A DNA stretch of 64,000 nucleotides. Source: Promethearchaeota archaeon (lineage in GTDB: Archaea > Asgardarchaeota > Hermodarchaeia > Hermodarchaeales > Hermodarchaeaceae). Both the position numbers and the translations under genes were made by a program. Shown in pieces: positions 60,136-64,000 of this stretch. Every line of letters starts with the position of its first letter. The stretch's first letter is position 1. The DNA lies in the NCBI GenBank assembly GCA_048939625.1, contig JBHLPH010000001.1, positions 128,001-192,000 of the forward strand, written 5' to 3'. The notes beneath the pieces are model-generated. The model worked only from the letters and a program-made list of their open reading frames with translations, was not told where the DNA came from and made no database searches.

Positions 60136-60690
60136 GTGATCTCCTTGGGAGACGATGAAAAACCATCCATTATGGAAAAAGTCGATGACGAACGCACCCT
60201 GACCCAAAAAATCATGAAATTAATACCTGGATGGCGGGGATACCGCATCAAGGAAGAACGTCGCAACGCCGACCGTATTCTACGTGACCAAATCATAACC
60301 CGGCTCCGACAAAGTGCCGATAAAATCCAAGACATCCGCTCTGCAATAGTCGAAGAAGAAATCGAAGACGCCTACCGAACCGTCGACTCACTCATGAGCC
60401 GAACTGAAAAACTCATCAGCCAGATAGAACATGCCGATTATGGCTATCGCCCTTTCTTCGATGCCATCAAAATCAAAGAAGACGACCTAGAGAACATGTT
60501 GCGCTATGATAGCTGGTTTGTTGAACAGGTGCAAGAGTTCGACCAACGCTGTGATGATGTCTTAACATTGATAGAAGATGATCCGGATGAGGCAACAGGC
60601 CACATCAAGGATCTCCGGAAAATGATTTCCCGTATGAACCGCAAGTGGAAGGAACGAGAACAAGTCATCATGGGTATTGAGGTTGTGTAA
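60136..60690 (+). CDS. All-helical hypothetical protein
   Basis: IPGWRGY..EERR.AD..LR, ADYGY.PFF; acidic amphipathic helices. Confidence 0.7.
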   Translation: MISLGDDEKPSIMEKVDDERTLTQKIMKLIPGWRGYRIKEERRNADRILRDQIITRLRQSADKIQDIRSAIVEEEIEDAYRTVDSLMSRTEKLISQIEHADYGYRPFFDAIKIKEDDLENMLRYDSWFVEQVQEFDQRCDDVLTLIEDDPDEATGHIKDLRKMISRMNRKWKEREQVIMGIEVV

Positions 60691-60834
60691 CCGAAGGATT
60701 ACACACTTTAATCCTATTTTGAGCCCTTCCCTTTTTTCTCTTTTTTTATAATTATAAGAGGGGGTAGGCTAATTTCTTTCTTCTTTGCGGCATTTGTCTC
60801 GAACTTTGTCCACGAATTCAGGTGTGTTATCGAT

Positions 60835-60899
60835 GATGCCTTCTTGATTTACGCTAAATTTTTTGAATCTTAATGAATTTATAAAAGCAATAAGGCATC
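60835..60899. promoter_or_regulatory. 16-bp imperfect inverted repeat bracketing a TATA box upstream of the CDF gene
   Basis: gatgccttcttgattt (60835-60850) vs aaagcaataaggcatc (60884-60899), 14/16; TTTATAAA at 60878-60885. Confidence 0.45.
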
Positions 60900-60933
60900 T
60901 TCACTAGTTATCAAGTTCAATAGGTACAATAGG

Positions 60934-62217
60934 ATGGCTTTCACTGTAACCATTGATGAAAACCTTGCTCGAGGACGACGAGCCATAAAAAGAGCGTCAA
61001 TTGTTGTTTTAGCCTTAGCCATTACATGGTTTCTCATAGCATTCCTATCGGGCAGCCTGGGCCTTTTTGCCAAAGGAATTGACTCAATCTCAGACTTGAT
61101 TGCAGTTATCACGGTTTTCCTTGGTTTATGGTTGGCTCAACGTGACCCCAACGAAAAATACCCTTATGGCTATTTCAAAGCTGAATCACTAGCCGCTCTG
61201 ATCGTCGCAGTCTTTATTTTTATAACGGGCATGGGTGTACTTTGGCAAGCAATCCAACGCATACTATTTCCAACAGAATTAAGTTTCATCAGTCTGGCCC
61301 TAGCAATTTCAATTGCATCAATTCCAATCATCTTCGTCATGTCCTGGTATCTGAAAAAAATTGGTCAAGAAACTGGAAGTAATGCTGTCTATAACAAGGG
61401 TCAAGAATTCCAAATGGATATTCTCGCCTCCATAGCGGTCATTTTAGGATTGATTTTTGCGTTCTTCGGGCTACCATGGGTTGAATCCATTGTGGGATTT
61501 GTAATTGGCCTTTTGATTTTAAGAAGTAGCTTTCAGTTAGCCTACGAGTCCATACTTGTCTTAATGGATGCCGGACAAGATCCAGAGAAGATTAATGCAA
61601 TCGAACAACTTGCTTCACCTATCCTTGGTGTCCTTGGTGTTCACGCCATTAAATTGCGGAGAGCAGGACCGATTTGCTTTGGGGAAATGCATCTAGAAGT
61701 AGCTGGAAAAACAACAGTGCTACAATCGCATCTCCTCGCTGAAGAAATATCCACACGCGTAAAGGAGGCCTACCCAGATATACTTTCATTTCTTGTCCAT
61801 GTTGAGCCCGTTCTTCCTGTTACTTTCCGAGTTGCGTTTCCAGTAAATCAGAAAGATATAACCCCAGATTTAAAGCCCAGCACACACTTTGGTTCAGTAC
61901 CTTACTTTTTAATCATGGATGTTGACCAACGAAAAATCGTGCTCTGGGAAGTCATGCCAAATCCAGCAGCAAAAGAAAGTAAACAACGAGGGAAAAACAC
62001 AGCACATCTCCTAATTGATGCAAAAGTGGAAGTTGTGTTTGCCGAGAAAATGGGTGAAACACCACTCAGCATCTTACGAAACCATCTAATTCAAGTCTTT
62101 CACCAAAATTCGAAGATCAGCTGCCGTAAGAACCTTGAAGCGTTCCTTGAAAACGAGCTGCCACATCTCAAGGCAAAGGAATCAACCTATTCACCTAAAC
62201 AAAACAATCTTAGTTGA
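60934..62217 (+). CDS. Cation diffusion facilitator with C-terminal NifB/NifX-like domain
   Basis: DS.SD, YPYGY.KAE, dimerisation domain (HVEP), HFG..PYF. Confidence 0.88.
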   Translation: MAFTVTIDENLARGRRAIKRASIVVLALAITWFLIAFLSGSLGLFAKGIDSISDLIAVITVFLGLWLAQRDPNEKYPYGYFKAESLAALIVAVFIFITGMGVLWQAIQRILFPTELSFISLALAISIASIPIIFVMSWYLKKIGQETGSNAVYNKGQEFQMDILASIAVILGLIFAFFGLPWVESIVGFVIGLLILRSSFQLAYESILVLMDAGQDPEKINAIEQLASPILGVLGVHAIKLRRAGPICFGEMHLEVAGKTTVLQSHLLAEEISTRVKEAYPDILSFLVHVEPVLPVTFRVAFPVNQKDITPDLKPSTHFGSVPYFLIMDVDQRKIVLWEVMPNPAAKESKQRGKNTAHLLIDAKVEVVFAEKMGETPLSILRNHLIQVFHQNSKISCRKNLEAFLENELPHLKAKESTYSPKQNNLS

Positions 62218-62336
62218 TATCCTAAATGGAAATTTGGTTATTCGATGCAAAGTCGTAAAGTTGAAAAGGCTTGGCACGAATGGCAACCCAGACCTTCTGT
62301 ACCTTCCAAACTGGATTTCCAGAGGGAGAACGAACC

Positions 62337-63326
62337 ATGCCCGAAATAATCGAATGGAAAAGCATGCGAAAGAACGATATTGTCTACCGATGGCCCAATG
62401 ACCTCGTGAAATGGGGCAGCCAATGCCTCGTCCGCGAAAACCAAGCCGCCGTCTTCTACCGTGACGGAAAAGCCCTTGACGTCATGGGCGTCGGTCGTCA
62501 CACACTCACCACCGCCAATGTTCCGATTCTTACGGGGATTCTCCGACGCATAGCAGGCTTCGACAAATCCCCTTTCACCGCCGAAGTCGTCTTTCTAAAC
62601 ATGACCAAATTCCAAGGAAAATTTGGAGGCAAAGGTCAAACCCGAGACCTTGCCCCCCTCATGTTCCACGGCGAATTCTGGTTTGAAATCGACGACCCCC
62701 AAATCTTCGTTAACGAAGTCGTAGCAGGAGAAAACTATACCACCCAAGATGTGACCAACTTCATCCGGTCAAAATTCGTCGAACTCGCCATGGATGAACT
62801 TGCTGGTTATAACCTTCAAGATGCGATGACCCGCCTTGACGAAACCAGCATGAAAACAAAAACCATCCTTGCCGACAAATTCGAAGAATATGGCCTCAAA
62901 CTCTTGGATATGGCCTTTGCCGGAATGGACACCTCCCCCGAATACCGGGAGCGCCTCTTCTTTGCAGTGCAGGGTGTCAGTGGTCGAGAAGTCCTCACCG
63001 CTGAAACCATGCGCCGCAGCGCCGAAGCTCTCGGTCAAGGTGGTGGATCCGCTAGTGCAGGCGCAGGAATCGTCCTCATCCCACAACTCGCCGAGATGAT
63101 GCGACAATCCCAGAAACCCCAAGAACAAGGCATCACCCACGTTGCCTGCCCACACTGCGGCGCAGCCATGCCCCTCAAAGGCAACAAACCACCAAAATTC
63201 TGCGCGGAGTGTGGAAAACCAATCCGCAAACAAGTCGATGAACGGCGCAAAGCCAAGCAATTCTGTCCAAACTGCGGAGCCCCCGCAAAAGGCAAATTCT
63301 GCGCTGAATGTGGCGAGAAGCTATAG
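62337..63326 (+). CDS. SPFH (band-7, YdjI-like) protein with C-terminal zinc ribbons
   Basis: VRENQ.AVF.RDG, G.HTLTT.N.P, AEV.F.N; CPHC..CAEC, CPNC..CAEC. Confidence 0.88.
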   Translation: MPEIIEWKSMRKNDIVYRWPNDLVKWGSQCLVRENQAAVFYRDGKALDVMGVGRHTLTTANVPILTGILRRIAGFDKSPFTAEVVFLNMTKFQGKFGGKGQTRDLAPLMFHGEFWFEIDDPQIFVNEVVAGENYTTQDVTNFIRSKFVELAMDELAGYNLQDAMTRLDETSMKTKTILADKFEEYGLKLLDMAFAGMDTSPEYRERLFFAVQGVSGREVLTAETMRRSAEALGQGGGSASAGAGIVLIPQLAEMMRQSQKPQEQGITHVACPHCGAAMPLKGNKPPKFCAECGKPIRKQVDERRKAKQFCPNCGAPAKGKFCAECGEKL

Positions 63327-63339
63327 TTTTCATAACTTA

Positions 63340-63372
63340 GAGGGCGTTCCGCCCTCGTTTCTCTTCTTTTTC
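63340..63372 (+). terminator. GC-rich hairpin followed by a T-rich tail
   Basis: GAGGGCG-ttc-CGCCCTC then gtttctcttcttttt. Confidence 0.6.
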
Positions 63373-63468
63373 AACACCCGTTACATGTTTCACTTTGTGT
63401 TCATTGTAGCATAAAGACTTTTTACATACGTGTGAGCTTTAGAGTACTAACGCCTTGGAGGTTTGGTT

Positions 63469-64000
63469 ATGAGGCGACTCCTCGTTAACTTAATGTTTGT
63501 TTCATTATTGGTGTTGCCATCTTTAGCATTTCTGAATATCGATTTGGCGCAGTTACCGGCGCCGAAGTCGGGTGAGAACTTTTCCCAGTTTGAGTCTGAG
63601 ATGGATTCGAATACGGTACCTGCCCCAGGTCCTGATTTGGGGCTTGTGAATTGGACGATGAATCGTATAGCTAATCCTGATTTTGAAGAGTGGAACACAC
63701 AACTTGATGCTGATGAGTGGGGTGAGTACGCGCCCGGTTCTCAGTACTGGTGGTTTGAGGATGGTAGCTCGAATCCGGCTTATGTCTATGAGGGTGCCTA
63801 TTCAGGAGGCATCTCAGCTTATGCGCCGAATGGTCGGTCAGCCAGTTCTTATTGGGTTCAACGCAGTCTTGGAGCAGATGCAGATAATCTATCTATAAGC
63901 TTCTATTGGCGACTAAATCAGAACTTAGACCCAATTAACGACTATTTACGGACCCGCGTGAATTTTAATGATGGACGTTATCTGAACTACTTTTTGAATG
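63469..64000 (+). CDS. Secreted/surface protein, 5' part (runs off the window; not in ORF track)
   Basis: SD GGAGG; MRRLLVNLMFVSLLVLPSLAF signal peptide; NRIANPDFEEW..VYEGAYSG resembles carbohydrate-binding-like modules. Confidence 0.7.
   Translation, partial: MRRLLVNLMFVSLLVLPSLAFLNIDLAQLPAPKSGENFSQFESEMDSNTVPAPGPDLGLVNWTMNRIANPDFEEWNTQLDADEWGEYAPGSQYWWFEDGSSNPAYVYEGAYSGGISAYAPNGRSASSYWVQRSLGADADNLSISFYWRLNQNLDPINDYLRTRVNFNDGRYLNYFLN

Overview
Gene-dense archaeal chromosomal window. The gene content suggests an anaerobe, possibly an Asgard-type archaeon, but that placement is inference only. It carries tpiA, MscL, two tandem TFB paralogues, a RIO kinase, histidine utilisation genes (hutU-ftcD-hutI plus a convergent hutH), an ABC exporter and a Ca2+-type P-ATPase. 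It also has a scattered A/V-type ATP synthase (E, H, C, K, I), cysS, a split Nuo/Mrp/group-4-hydrogenase-like complex beside mtd, an frhB/fpoF-like gene and hypD, an SCP2-ADH-AOR unit, trmI, and a YdjG/YdjI(SPFH)-like zinc-ribbon cluster. I recognised no rRNA, tRNA, CRISPR array or mobile element. Most striking: (1) an ATP synthase proteolipid with eight fused c-hairpins, all keeping the ion-binding Glu; (2) a membrane-anchored tandem-PLD protein fused to an Alba domain; (3) a membrane protein with a polyproline tract and a beta-thymosin/WH2-like motif; (4) a HeH/Rho_N-type domain on a membrane anchor; (5) an unannotated leader ORF and RNA structure upstream of the RIO kinase. All calls come from motif recognition by eye; no database searches were run.
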